Notes under the pieces: generated by a model
Databases searched by the model: none
Seen by the model: the letters and a program-made list of their open reading frames with translations, nothing else
Told to the model about the DNA's origin: nothing
In this document: positions 37,193-47,506 of the stretch, in pieces
How positions within the stretch are numbered: the stretch's first letter is position 1
Layout: each line of letters opens with the position of its first letter
IMG/VR virus record: IMGVR_UViG_3300037295_000263
Coordinates: 1-64,000 of that record
DNA: 64,000 bases
Source of the DNA: a virus
Lineage: Duplodnaviria; Caudoviricetes
Direction: 5' to 3' (one strand)
Made by a program: the position numbers and the translations under genes

Positions 37193-37621
37193 TTATGATT
37201 TTAAAATATGAGAACCGTGTACACGAACGCTAATCTGCCCGTTGTAATAATCTTTGGATTCTAATACCTTACGACTAAACTGTTCTCTTGCCTCTATATA
37301 ACTACATTGTGCCTTGCTTGTACAATAAAAAAGTATTTCTCTTTGAAAATTGTCTATGCCTAATGCTTCTACGTCTTTGCTTAATTCAACGCTTGATCCG
37401 TAGTAGCTCTTCCAATCTGATTCTATTTTGCCTCGAATTTTCTTTTTCTTCTTATTGCCGTTTTTAAGTTTTATAGTTTTATAAGTTGTTTTTGAGAATT
37501 TTGCTAACTTCTTGCCTATGTATTTTCTATTATTAGTTAAATTCGTAATGAGATAAACGAAGCCTATACAATCTTCCGGGAGTACCTCAACTAATTGATT
37601 TTCATAATACCATGACATCAA
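37193..37621 (-). CDS. Stand-alone GIY-YIG endonuclease (Seg/endonuclease II-like catalytic domain, 142 aa)
   Basis: GFVYLITNLTNNRKYIGKK (GIY-YIG), W..YYGSS, F.REIL, E, and YYN motifs. Confidence 0.88.
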   Translation of the reverse strand: MMSWYYENQLVEVLPEDCIGFVYLITNLTNNRKYIGKKLAKFSKTTYKTIKLKNGNKKKKKIRGKIESDWKSYYGSSVELSKDVEALGIDNFQREILFYCTSKAQCSYIEAREQFSRKVLESKDYYNGQISVRVHGSHILKS

Positions 37622-37662
37622 TTAGTTATCGGAATGCCTTTGTGTGCCTGTTGAAACTGATT

Positions 37663-37896
37663 TTATGTATATGTTTTTTTAAACGGCCTTCCGTTTTTGC
37701 CTTTTCTTAATGCTCGCCTTTCTTTTCTAAGTTCTTGTATTTCCTTTCGTCTAGCCATAGCGCATTCTTTTATAGTCATTAACGCATTTCTTGACTTTAC
37801 ACCAGCTTCATCTGACTGCCTATAGTGAAATCGGTCTTGCCATTTAAAATATTCCTGAAAAGCAGCAATCATCTTATCATGCGATTCGGTACTCAA
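37663..37896 (-). CDS. Hypothetical basic helical protein (77 aa)
   Basis: ORF overlaps the gp46 stop by 4 nt, consistent with translational coupling. Confidence 0.7.
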   Translation of the reverse strand: MSTESHDKMIAAFQEYFKWQDRFHYRQSDEAGVKSRNALMTIKECAMARRKEIQELRKERRALRKGKNGRPFKKTYT

Positions 37897-39674
37897 CCTA
37901 TCACCTCGACATCGTTAGAATAACTAGTGAATCCGTTTTCTTTAATAACTTTTAACACTTGGTTTACCCTATTAACTAAGTCATCTCTATGACTAATTAA
38001 GAAAATGTTTTTATCTCGTTCTCTTGCAATCTTTTTCAGTACCGAAATACTAGCTTCAACGCCTGCAGCATCCATCCCGCTATCTACTAACTCATCGATA
38101 AACAATAAGTTTATACTATGATACAGGTTTTCCCAAACATCTCTAAATGCCCATGACATTGATAAAATTAATCTGTTTCTTTCACCTCTACTTAAGTTGT
38201 CGAAGTCTAAATCTTGACCTAGCTGTGTAATAACAACAGTTAAATCGTTTTGAAACTCTACAATATGCGGCAGACCTATTTTGTCGAGGTAGTATGTTAG
38301 TCTTTGATTTAAGAATGACAAATTTTGATCAATAATTCGTTTTCTAACAAAACTATCTTTGTTAGTTAACAGTTTGTATAAAAATTCCTGATGATCTTTA
38401 ATATTAGTGAGTGTGTTTATTTCATCCCACGAAATTTCTTGAATAGCAGTAGTTTTAAGTTCTTGAATTTGATCAGTGTACGGATTAATTTCTGATTTTT
38501 TTCTCATCAGTTCTTTTTGTAAACCTTCTACTGTATTTTTATGATTATACGCTTCTTCGATATTGTCGTATTGAGTTATAGGACACTCGCCTAGCTCGCC
38601 TAATCTGTTTAAAACTTCAATATATTCTTTTTCTTGAACTATATTTGATTCTATATGCAAAATTGCATCTTGCAACGTTTTTTGCTTTTGATTTAATATT
38701 TGTTCTTGCTTAGCATCATGTACTTCGTGACCACAAGCATAACATACATGATTGAAAATACTTGCAATTTCTTTTTCTAACTGCTCTATTAATTTTTCTT
38801 GCTTTTGATTATCAGCAGTTAGCTTAGCAATCCATCGATCTGCTTCTTGTTTGCTTTGCTTTTTTTGATGATAATCATCCCAGCATTTATGTGCAGCAAT
38901 TTCTGATTCTATGTTAATTTTTTCTAAATGGGTTATACTTTTTTCTAAACTAAGCTCTTCAGACAAGTGGGTATCTTGCCAGATTTTTTTCTTTCTTTCG
39001 AGAGAATTGATGCTGTCTTGAATTCTATTGTTGCTTACTTTAACAGTTTCGATGCGAGTACTTTCCGCAGCAATTGTATCTTTACTAGACTTTATCTGTT
39101 CTTTCAAAGTATTAGATTTTTCACTTAAAATTGTAATGCCTAACAATTGCTCAATAATGCTACGTTGGTCAGCAGCCTTCATACTAAGGAATGGTTCGGT
39201 ATAGGTATTAAGAGCAACTAAATGTTTAAACATATCATGGCTCATTCCTAACATTTGTTCGATAGCTTTTTGTGTTTCTCTACTGTCACCTTGACTTTCG
39301 TCAAGATCTTTGAGATCTTGCTCTTTGCCATTGATACTAAATTTCAAAATATTAGGTTTTCTTCCACGTTCTATATGATAACTGATGCCGCCCTTTTCAA
39401 AAGATACAGTAACTAGCATTCCTTTACCATTAATTTTATTAATCAAGTTATCTCTTTTAATATTAGTAAGAGCTTGCCCGAAAATAGCATAGCTTAAACC
39501 GTTAATAATGGTGGTTTTTCCAGTACCATTTCTGGATCCGCCTCCATCACCTCCCAAGTCTAAATTTTCTCCCAAAACTAAAGTTAAGTTTCCTTTGTCA
39601 AAATCTATTGCTTGAGTTTGATTTCCTACACTCATAAAATTTTGAACTGTTAAATTTTTTATTTTTATTGTCAT
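37893..39674 (-). CDS. gp46: Recombination endonuclease ATPase subunit, gp46/SbcC/Rad50
   Basis: NFMSVGN, Walker A (RNGTGKTT), zinc hook CYACGH, signature LSRGE and Walker B LFIDELVDSGMD. Confidence 0.95.
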   Translation of the reverse strand: MTIKIKNLTVQNFMSVGNQTQAIDFDKGNLTLVLGENLDLGGDGGGSRNGTGKTTIINGLSYAIFGQALTNIKRDNLINKINGKGMLVTVSFEKGGISYHIERGRKPNILKFSINGKEQDLKDLDESQGDSRETQKAIEQMLGMSHDMFKHLVALNTYTEPFLSMKAADQRSIIEQLLGITILSEKSNTLKEQIKSSKDTIAAESTRIETVKVSNNRIQDSINSLERKKKIWQDTHLSEELSLEKSITHLEKINIESEIAAHKCWDDYHQKKQSKQEADRWIAKLTADNQKQEKLIEQLEKEIASIFNHVCYACGHEVHDAKQEQILNQKQKTLQDAILHIESNIVQEKEYIEVLNRLGELGECPITQYDNIEEAYNHKNTVEGLQKELMRKKSEINPYTDQIQELKTTAIQEISWDEINTLTNIKDHQEFLYKLLTNKDSFVRKRIIDQNLSFLNQRLTYYLDKIGLPHIVEFQNDLTVVITQLGQDLDFDNLSRGERNRLILSMSWAFRDVWENLYHSINLLFIDELVDSGMDAAGVEASISVLKKIARERDKNIFLISHRDDLVNRVNQVLKVIKENGFTSYSNDVEVIG

Positions 39675-40681
39675 AAGTTTTTATAGATATCTAATAATAA
39701 AGATTTGTCAAAGCTATCGCTATCGATTGCTTCGATTTGATTCATAACGATGGTGTCGACCGATTCGAAATTTATATCAACAGGCACTACAGTTGAATCA
39801 ACTTCTACTTTTTCCGGAATTAGCATAAGTTCTCGAAGCTTATACTGTGGAATAAATGTTTCTTTAATAAAATTTGCTTCTTCGTAGCTAATAGGCAAGT
39901 CGATTACAACTCTGCAGTGCATTTTTTCTTTTAATAAACTATCAGGATTGTCAATAATACTGCTTAATTTATAAGTTCTGTAAGTAGGTTGGCCGGGCCA
40001 TGTATGATATTCAGGTTTGCCGCCCCATTCTAATATCATCATACCTCGTTCATCATCGCCACTGTCGGCATAATTGTGTGGAAATGCATTGCCCATATAA
40101 ACAATATTATTGGCTTGCTGTCTTTTATGAAAATGCCCGGTGAATACATAATCTTGATTAGCAAAGTGGCTACGTTGCAGTTGACCATGATCTGGCATCT
40201 GCACCATTGCATTCATATAAAAACTAGGTAGTTCCAAGTGTCCGAAAATATACTTACTTTTAATTTTAGAAATTTTTTGCCATTCATCACCTACTAGCCA
40301 TGGCAATATGGTGACATCGTCTTTTGTATACGGATCTTTAATAGGCACGATGTTAGGAAATAGACGCATAAACTCTACAGAATTAATTTCACGCTTGTCT
40401 TTGTAAAATAAATCATGATTTCCTAATATAAAATATACTTTTTCAAAACTTTGGCTTAGTTTTTCTAAATTTGAAAGTGTATAGTTCATAGTACTAACGT
40501 CGGTAGTAGAACGATTGTGGTGCCAATCTCCTAAAAATATGCAAGTTTCGCAGTCATTTGTTTTGGCAGTTTCACAAAACCAATTAACGAAATCTTCGCA
40601 ATCTTGATTATGTATTCTACTACCGCTTTTTAAACCAAAGTGAATATCTGTAAACGCTGCAATTTTTTTAAATAACGACAT
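39671..40681 (-). CDS. gp47: Recombination endonuclease nuclease subunit, gp47/SbcD/Mre11
   Basis: DIHFG, GDWHH, GNHD and GHFH metallophosphoesterase motifs. ATG at 40681 follows an AGGAG RBS (the ORF track starts at 40699). Confidence 0.95.
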   Translation of the reverse strand: MSLFKKIAAFTDIHFGLKSGSRIHNQDCEDFVNWFCETAKTNDCETCIFLGDWHHNRSTTDVSTMNYTLSNLEKLSQSFEKVYFILGNHDLFYKDKREINSVEFMRLFPNIVPIKDPYTKDDVTILPWLVGDEWQKISKIKSKYIFGHLELPSFYMNAMVQMPDHGQLQRSHFANQDYVFTGHFHKRQQANNIVYMGNAFPHNYADSGDDERGMMILEWGGKPEYHTWPGQPTYRTYKLSSIIDNPDSLLKEKMHCRVVIDLPISYEEANFIKETFIPQYKLRELMLIPEKVEVDSTVVPVDINFESVDTIVMNQIEAIDSDSFDKSLLLDIYKNL

Positions 40682-40698
40682 GCTGTCTCCTGTTAACA

Positions 40699-40728
40699 AT
40701 TATAATACATCATATATGTAAAAATCAA
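40699..40728 (-). promoter_or_regulatory. Possible sigma70-type promoter for gp47-gp46
   Basis: TTGATT (40723-40728), 18-nt spacer, TATAAT (40699-40704). Confidence 0.4.
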
Positions 40729-41570
40729 CTTTCTGAATCGTTGTTTTGATTATGTCGCACTTCGCTAAAATCTGGTCCACTGTTAACTCTGGTCCAACTA
40801 GGAGTCATTCCATTAATCTCTAAAATGTCGTCTCTTATATTTTGATTGCGTTTTTCGATATTAATAATTCTAACAAAACTGTTAGTAACTGCAGCAGTAT
40901 AGTATGCAAACGGATTGTCACTTTTGCTTTCGTCAAATTGCAAACCTATTTGAGTAAGTTGCAGAATTGCTTGTCCTTTCATTTCGTCATTGTATGTGTA
41001 TCCTCTGACATTGCCTCTAGTAGCGTATCGCTCACATAATTTTAAAAACATTCTAGCTAAATTGTCTGTCATTTGACCGTGATCTTTGGAATATGATCCG
41101 GTAATTAAATCTCCTGCCCAATGACTTTTTCCTACTAATACTAGATTGTTATTTTCATCAAATTTCCAATGTTGGAAAGGTGGAAAATTTACTTTTTCGT
41201 GGCTGTCGGCAGTAGTTTTAATTGTTTTTTTACGACCAGGTGCTAATGGAATATGATCGAAAGATGTAATTCTAAAAATTAAATCAGTCTTTGCCACTTT
41301 CTTGTAATCTACATCAAATTCTTTAGACGGTATCTTTTTCTTCTGCAGTTGTTGAGCTTGTAAGTGTGCGTGTTTACTTAATTTGGCAGCATGATTTCTT
41401 TTAGCTGCTGCAATAGTTCTTATATTAATTTTTTTTAAATCAGCTAAAATGATATCGTAATTGTGGTGTTCGGGGATAGTATAGGAACAATATGTATTTT
41501 TACTTAAATGAATTTCTTTTAATAGGTCTTTATTTGTTAGATAATTTATTTTTATTGGTTGTGTAATCAT
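40725..41570 (-). CDS. gp55: Late-transcription sigma factor, gp55-like (281 aa)
   Basis: YLTNKDLL at the N-terminus; RGYTYNDEM...QFDESKSDNPFAYYT...F.R.I..EK matches the gp55 core. It lies next to gp47/gp46 as in T4. Confidence 0.85.
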   Translation of the reverse strand: MITQPIKINYLTNKDLLKEIHLSKNTYCSYTIPEHHNYDIILADLKKINIRTIAAAKRNHAAKLSKHAHLQAQQLQKKKIPSKEFDVDYKKVAKTDLIFRITSFDHIPLAPGRKKTIKTTADSHEKVNFPPFQHWKFDENNNLVLVGKSHWAGDLITGSYSKDHGQMTDNLARMFLKLCERYATRGNVRGYTYNDEMKGQAILQLTQIGLQFDESKSDNPFAYYTAAVTNSFVRIINIEKRNQNIRDDILEINGMTPSWTRVNSGPDFSEVRHNQNNDSES

Positions 41571-41621
41571 ATTTTATAATACCTTTTTATTACTTATTAT
41601 AATAGCATATTACTTCAGTAA

Positions 41622-41627
41622 TAAATA
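41622..41627 (+). promoter_or_regulatory. Putative late promoter TAAATA for the baseplate operon
   Basis: ATAAATAG, 25 nt upstream of the ATG at 41653. Confidence 0.6.
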
Positions 41628-41652
41628 GAGTATACTGGAAAAATCATATATT

Positions 41653-42639
41653 ATGGCAAAAGAAATTAACCCGCTTAGTCAATACGTAGTTGAAATACAA
41701 GATTATAATGTTAAAACGGTTGACTTAACAACAGAACAAGATAAAGCTAAAGCAACAGGTAGCGGATTAACTAATACTGCAGGCGGAGCATCTGAAAAAT
41801 CTACTAAATCGTTAGGTTCGCTAAAGTCATTAGCACAAAACGCAGGAACAATAGGAGGATATATTAACGATCCATCTACTGCAGTTAAGGCAGCCACAGA
41901 TAAAATAGTTGCTGGTATACCAGCGTTGGGAAAACTTGCAAGTTTTGCAACTAGCGCAGCCAGTGTTATTAGCCTTCTCAGATCAGGTAATATTGCAGCC
42001 GGCGCTGAGTCGTTCTTTAATCGTAATGAAGCATCTCCGTATATTACAGCGAAAACGGGTATAGATGAAGACTGGCGAGTAAGGATCGATTGCAATTTTG
42101 ATTTGTTTAATAATGCATTTCCAAGATTAAAAAGTACAAGCGGAGTAGTTTGGCCATACTTACCTAATATTACAATGATATCTAAAGCAAACTATACGCA
42201 AATTGATGCTGTCCATAATATTCAGCCGTTCCAGGCTTATAAAAATAGTCAAGTTGAAGACATACAAATAGCAGGAGACTTTTCAGTTGAAAATGAAGCC
42301 GATGCCGAATATTGGATACAAGCAACCTCATTTTTAAGAACTGCTACAAAAATGTTTTTTGGCAGAAGTTCTAATTTAGGATCTCCTCCTGTTATTTGTA
42401 ATTTAACAGGATACGGTGCACGAGTGTTTAATAGTGTTCCTGTTGTAATAAAATCAGTCAGCATTGACTTTAAAGAAGATGTTAACTACATAAGGTACCA
42501 AGGAAGAGATCAAACAGCAACATGGGTACCTACGTTAAGTACAATTGCGGTTACTGTAGCGCCAATATATGACAGAACACGACTACGAAAGTTTAGTCTG
42601 CAGGATTATGCATCTGGCAGAGCAGTAGGATATATTTAA
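41653..42639 (+). CDS. Baseplate/tail-tube initiator-like protein (gp48/gp54-like)
   Basis: GVVWPYLPNI...ANY...F..Y.NS.VE.I.I.G.F...PPV..L.GYG..F..VPVVI pattern; first gene of the baseplate cluster. Confidence 0.6.
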   Translation: MAKEINPLSQYVVEIQDYNVKTVDLTTEQDKAKATGSGLTNTAGGASEKSTKSLGSLKSLAQNAGTIGGYINDPSTAVKAATDKIVAGIPALGKLASFATSAASVISLLRSGNIAAGAESFFNRNEASPYITAKTGIDEDWRVRIDCNFDLFNNAFPRLKSTSGVVWPYLPNITMISKANYTQIDAVHNIQPFQAYKNSQVEDIQIAGDFSVENEADAEYWIQATSFLRTATKMFFGRSSNLGSPPVICNLTGYGARVFNSVPVVIKSVSIDFKEDVNYIRYQGRDQTATWVPTLSTIAVTVAPIYDRTRLRKFSLQDYASGRAVGYI

Positions 42640-42640
42640 A

Positions 42641-42940
42641 ATGGCAACATATAATAAAGCTTCGCAGTATTATGATACTAGTCAAAATAACCAATATTTA
42701 AATTTATTGGAAATTAGACCAGTCCCTGCAGAAACAGACGATATTCAATATAAGATAGAAAGCCAGTATCGCCACAGACCTGATTTGTTAGCATACGACT
42801 TATACGGTAAACCTGAACTGTGGTGGGTCTTTGTACAGAGAAACATGGAAACAATAAAAGATCCCATATATGATTTCGAAGTAGGAACAATAATCTTCTG
42901 TCCTAAAAAAACAAATCTAGAAAAATATCTAGGAGTATAA
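42641..42940 (+). CDS. Small baseplate wedge protein, gp53/LysM-like (99 aa)
   Basis: Y..RPDLLAYDLYG..ELWWVF motif. Confidence 0.75.
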   Translation: MATYNKASQYYDTSQNNQYLNLLEIRPVPAETDDIQYKIESQYRHRPDLLAYDLYGKPELWWVFVQRNMETIKDPIYDFEVGTIIFCPKKTNLEKYLGV

Positions 42941-42941
42941 A

Positions 42942-45350
42942 ATGGCAAATGACGATCTTTTTATACCAGTGCCAACAGCTCCTCCAGCAAATGTAACAAC
43001 AGGCAGCGCAAGAACAGTAACGAATCAAAAACAATTACCTGCCTCATTTCCTCCAAATCAAAAAGATAATATACGGCAAGATCCTACAAAGACAGGTTCG
43101 GATAGTTTATTTTTCAATACTCCGTTATCTACCGATGCTCCTCCTTTTAAAAATATTCTAGAAGACTTTGCCTCATTTAATACGCTTTGGACAATGTGCT
43201 GCTTAGACCCGAACCAGTATAATAATCCTGAATCATATAGAGGAAATGATTCCGAGTTAAGTAATATTGTGTTGTCATCTGCAGGCAGATACGATAAACA
43301 GCGTATTGGGACAGAATTCGGTTCTCCGGAATATTTTATTGACAACGTACATTTTGATTCAATTATTGCTCCACGCTCTCCAACTGGCAACACAAATGTT
43401 ATAACATTTTCTTTTGAGATTTACGAACCTTACAGCATGGGATTATTTTTACAATCATTACAGGTCGCTGCGGTTAATGCCGGGTACAGAACTTATTTAG
43501 AAGCTGCCCCATTTCTTTTAAAGTTAGATTTTAAAGGAACTACCGATGAAGGCAATCGGTCACCTAATGTCGATTATTTAACAAAATATTTTTCAATAAA
43601 ACTTACTAACGTAACTATGAAAGTAGACGAAGGCGGCAGTAAATATGTTGTTACTGCTATTCCGTTTCATCACTTAGGGTTTGGTAACACTGTTAACGTA
43701 TTAAGAGCAGACACAAAGCTATTGGGAGGAACTGTACAAGAAGTACTGTCCTCAGGCACAGTAAGCCTTGTCTCTAGGCTAAACACAGAACAATCTCAAT
43801 TAGCAAATAACAAAGTTCAAGCAATACCCGATATATATGAAATTGTATTTCCTGCAAATTCATCCGACAATCTAGGCATAACATCGGAAGCATCAACAAG
43901 TATTGTGGGTGCAACTATAGACCCGTTATCTAAAGTAACTAACGTAATTTCTAAAGTACAATCTGTAGCTAAGTCTGTAAAAAATTTATCATCGGGTGCT
44001 ATAGGGTCATTGGGCAGTTTGGGTTCCGCTGGCGCAGGCGGGAATAAAATAGGAACGTCGACTATGAATTTTTCATTAGAATCTGGCGGCAATGTTTCTT
44101 TTTCTAACGAAAGTGAAGTGATTAATGAAAAATCAAAAACTACAGATAAAAGCAAAGTAAAAATAGATTCTAATTCTAGGGAATTTCGTTTTTCTCGTGG
44201 AGATACGATTACTCAAGTAATTCAAAAAGTTATTTTAGTTTCGAACTATGCAAGCGATGCAATTAAAGTAGAAAATTTAGACCAATCAGGAATGGCAAGT
44301 TGGTTTAGGATCGATGTACAAATACAATTGCTAGATTACGATGCAATACGTAGTACTCGGGCTAGAAAGTATATTTTCAGAGTTATACCGTTTAAGGTTA
44401 GCGGAGCTCTAATAAAAACCCCAAATGCACCTGCTATAGGAATTCCAGAATTAGCTAAAATAATTGCCAAGCGATATGATTATATATACACAGGGCAAAA
44501 CAATAGTATTATAAAATTTGAGCTAGAATTTAATGCAATGTTTTTTACAGGTGCTCAACCTCGACCGTTATATCAAACAGGAACAAATAATCTTGATGCA
44601 CAAAACACCACAGACAGTGCAAAACTTGATGCTCCTGTAAACCAAGGAAGTGACAAACCGGCAACTTCATCAACCGCGGGATCCACAATGGTAGGTCCCG
44701 ATCCTGATACAGTTAAAAATTCTCCAATAGGCTGGAAGACTGTAGAACAGCAAATTGCGGATTCGTATCAAACAGCATTCCTGAGTGCTAGTCCAGATTT
44801 AGTAAATTTAGAAATAGAAACAACAGGCGATCCTTATTTTTTGTCAGATAGTGGCATTAATTCTAATTATTTTTCAAAAGAAGGAATTAATAATCAAATA
44901 ACAAATGATAACGCAATGAATTATGAAGGTAGTGAAATTTTTGTCTACTTAGCTTTCAGAACACCGATAAATCCTAATATCGAACCCACAGATGTTAATA
45001 GTGGACTTTATAATTTTGGAAAAGATGGAATAAGTCCGTTTAGTGGAATTTTCAAAGTTATACAGGTAGCAAATATCTTTGCTAGTGGAAATTATACTCA
45101 AACTATGAAACTTATAAGAGTTCTCGGGCAGCCTAACGATTTTGTTGGAAAAGAATCAATAGTTGCACAGAATACATTGTTATATGCTGCATCGATTCCA
45201 GTTCCTAAAGCAACAACTCCTGCTGCAGATTCGTCGGTTAATGCAAATAAAAATAATACTCCTATAATAGACGATCCAGAAGCCGCTTTCATTACCGAGA
45301 AGAAAGCAATCGATGCAGCTCAGGCAAATAAAAGACCTAGCTCTTCTTAG
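42942..45350 (+). CDS. Baseplate hub protein (gp27-like, 802 aa)
   Basis: Position between the gp53-like and gp5-like genes; EPYSMGLFLQ, K.YDYIYTG.N and LEI..TGDPYF motifs. Confidence 0.55.
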   Translation: MANDDLFIPVPTAPPANVTTGSARTVTNQKQLPASFPPNQKDNIRQDPTKTGSDSLFFNTPLSTDAPPFKNILEDFASFNTLWTMCCLDPNQYNNPESYRGNDSELSNIVLSSAGRYDKQRIGTEFGSPEYFIDNVHFDSIIAPRSPTGNTNVITFSFEIYEPYSMGLFLQSLQVAAVNAGYRTYLEAAPFLLKLDFKGTTDEGNRSPNVDYLTKYFSIKLTNVTMKVDEGGSKYVVTAIPFHHLGFGNTVNVLRADTKLLGGTVQEVLSSGTVSLVSRLNTEQSQLANNKVQAIPDIYEIVFPANSSDNLGITSEASTSIVGATIDPLSKVTNVISKVQSVAKSVKNLSSGAIGSLGSLGSAGAGGNKIGTSTMNFSLESGGNVSFSNESEVINEKSKTTDKSKVKIDSNSREFRFSRGDTITQVIQKVILVSNYASDAIKVENLDQSGMASWFRIDVQIQLLDYDAIRSTRARKYIFRVIPFKVSGALIKTPNAPAIGIPELAKIIAKRYDYIYTGQNNSIIKFELEFNAMFFTGAQPRPLYQTGTNNLDAQNTTDSAKLDAPVNQGSDKPATSSTAGSTMVGPDPDTVKNSPIGWKTVEQQIADSYQTAFLSASPDLVNLEIETTGDPYFLSDSGINSNYFSKEGINNQITNDNAMNYEGSEIFVYLAFRTPINPNIEPTDVNSGLYNFGKDGISPFSGIFKVIQVANIFASGNYTQTMKLIRVLGQPNDFVGKESIVAQNTLLYAASIPVPKATTPAADSSVNANKNNTPIIDDPEAAFITEKKAIDAAQANKRPSSS

Positions 45351-45376
45351 ATGTTGAATGAATAACAAAGGAAATT

Positions 45377-47023
45377 ATGTCACAAGAACGCAGATCGGTA
45401 TTAAATAAATCAACAGGAAAAATTGATTCTGGAATCATGATGGCCAAAGTAGTTGGGTATTTAGATCCAACTTTTATGGCGGGGCTTGAAGTTACCTTGC
45501 TAAGGGATCAAGGCAATGAAGTAGGAGATATACACCAAACATATTCTATTAAATATTCTACTCCGTTTTACGGAGCAACAGGATACGAGTATATGGGTCT
45601 TAATAAATCCGACTACAACGATACTCAAAAATCTTACGGCATGTGGTTCCCTCCTCCTGAAATCGGAACAACGATTCTTGTGGCATTTGTTGACGGAAAT
45701 CCAGCAGAGGGGTATTTTATAGCATGTGTTCCTGGTAAATTTATGAATCATATGATACCTGCAATTGGATCCTCAGTTCATGTAGAGTTAACAGATGAAG
45801 ACAAGAAAAAATACGACACTGACCAACCGTTACCTGTAGCAGAAGTTAACAGAAAAACTAATAGCTTAGAGACCGGTCCTGATATAGATAAAATTAAGAA
45901 ACCAGTGCATCCAGTTGCAAACAGATTTTTAGAACAAGGATTACTGGAAGATGACGTTAGGGGCCCGGCTACTAGTACTAGTAGACGAAATGTTCCTAAT
46001 TCAGTATATGGTATTTCGACTCCTGGCCCAGTAGATCGAAGAAACGGTGCAAAACAAGAGTTTATAGGTAAAAAACAGACAAAATCAGCAAACACTGTAC
46101 CTGTCGGACGCCTTGGAGGGACTCAATTAGTAATGGATGACGGAGATGACCGTTATCGAAGAGCAAGTACAGCAACTTCAGGACCTCCGCAGTATTTCGA
46201 TAATCTTGACGAAAAAGAAAATCGTACAGGTAAACCTGACATTCCTTACAACGAGTATACGAGATTAAGAACACGCACTGGGCATCAAATATTATTACAC
46301 AATTCTGAAGATTTAATATATATCGGAAATTCAAGAGGAACTGCTTGGATAGAATTGACTAGCCATGGGAAAATTGATATTTTTGCACAAGATAGTATTA
46401 GTATTCATACTGAAGCAGACATTAATATGCGAGCAGACAGGGATATTAATTTTGAAGCAGGCAGAAACATTAATATGCGTACAGCAAAAGGTAGAATGCA
46501 TGTGGATATAAATGGCAACTTAGAAATTGCTGCAGCAAGCAATGCTTTGTTGACCACACTAGGAGATTTACATTTAAGAACTACAGGCAGTAGTAAGATA
46601 TCCAGTGGTGTTAATTTAGATATTTCTTCTGGGGGTTCGAATAAAATTTCATGTTCGGCTGAAATGGATGTGTTAGCAGGAGGCGCATTAATAATTGATG
46701 CTGCAGGAACATTAAGTGCTAAAGGCGCTGATATAATTATGCAAGGCGGAAGCATACATATGAACGGACCTAGTGCATTAGCTGCTACTGCTGCAGATGA
46801 AGCAGATAGCACAGAATTATTAAGTTTGTTCGATAATCCTGCTACTAGTTCAAAAAATAAATGGGGTGATAAAAATAGATACAGGACAGATATATCTTTA
46901 CGGAGTATTATGCGTAGAATACCGATGCACGAGCCTTGGTCATTGCACGAAAATATCAACCCAGTAGTATTAGCATCGCAATTTACAGACAGAGATCGTC
47001 AGGATACGCCAACAGAGGAGTAA
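45377..47023 (+). CDS. Baseplate central spike, gp5/VgrG-like (548 aa)
   Basis: N-terminal OB-fold-type SYGMWFPPPEIGTTILVAF, RTRTGHQILL, and a beta-helix-like C-terminal repeat region. No lysozyme domain evident. Confidence 0.75.
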   Translation: MSQERRSVLNKSTGKIDSGIMMAKVVGYLDPTFMAGLEVTLLRDQGNEVGDIHQTYSIKYSTPFYGATGYEYMGLNKSDYNDTQKSYGMWFPPPEIGTTILVAFVDGNPAEGYFIACVPGKFMNHMIPAIGSSVHVELTDEDKKKYDTDQPLPVAEVNRKTNSLETGPDIDKIKKPVHPVANRFLEQGLLEDDVRGPATSTSRRNVPNSVYGISTPGPVDRRNGAKQEFIGKKQTKSANTVPVGRLGGTQLVMDDGDDRYRRASTATSGPPQYFDNLDEKENRTGKPDIPYNEYTRLRTRTGHQILLHNSEDLIYIGNSRGTAWIELTSHGKIDIFAQDSISIHTEADINMRADRDINFEAGRNINMRTAKGRMHVDINGNLEIAAASNALLTTLGDLHLRTTGSSKISSGVNLDISSGGSNKISCSAEMDVLAGGALIIDAAGTLSAKGADIIMQGGSIHMNGPSALAATAADEADSTELLSLFDNPATSSKNKWGDKNRYRTDISLRSIMRRIPMHEPWSLHENINPVVLASQFTDRDRQDTPTEE

Positions 47024-47026
47024 TTT

Positions 47027-47464
47027 ATGGCCAGAGTATATAATAAAAAAAGTGTATCATCAATGTCTGCTAATGCAGGCGATGTAGCAATACCTGCGTT
47101 CACTTATAAAGGGTTTAGTTCTCAGGAATCGTTATCGGGTTTTAAGTTATTCGATATTGATCTTGTTAAACAAGATATCGTTAATCATTTTAATATCCGA
47201 AAGGGTGAAAAATTAATGAATCCTGAGTTCGGCACAATAATTTGGGATATATTATTTGAGCAATTTACTCCAGAAATACGCAATATTGTAGTCAAAGATG
47301 TTGAAACAATTATAAATTATGACCCAAGAATTGTCATTAATTCTATAGCTGTTGACTCAACTGATCAAGGAATTAGGGTATCTGCAGATATTACATATTT
47401 GCCATTTAATTTAAATGAAAAAATGACTTTTGATTTTGATAAAACCAATGGACTTATAAACTAG
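47027..47464 (+). CDS. gp25: Baseplate wedge/sheath initiator, gp25-like
   Basis: LVKQDIVNHFNIRKGEKLMNPEFGTIIWDILFE...YDPR motif. Confidence 0.9.
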   Translation: MARVYNKKSVSSMSANAGDVAIPAFTYKGFSSQESLSGFKLFDIDLVKQDIVNHFNIRKGEKLMNPEFGTIIWDILFEQFTPEIRNIVVKDVETIINYDPRIVINSIAVDSTDQGIRVSADITYLPFNLNEKMTFDFDKTNGLIN

Positions 47465-47481
47465 CTACTTAATTTACTTGG

Positions 47482-47487
47482 TAAATA
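47482..47487 (+). promoter_or_regulatory. Putative late promoter TAAATA
   Basis: In the 42-nt gap before the gp6-like gene. Confidence 0.55.
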
Positions 47488-47506
47488 TAGTATAGGATAA
47501 CCGTAT

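Noticed and set aside
37193-37621. GIY-YIG gene as a mobile intron or intein endonuclease
   Set aside because: It is free-standing, the neighbouring genes are intact, and no splice or intein motifs were seen.
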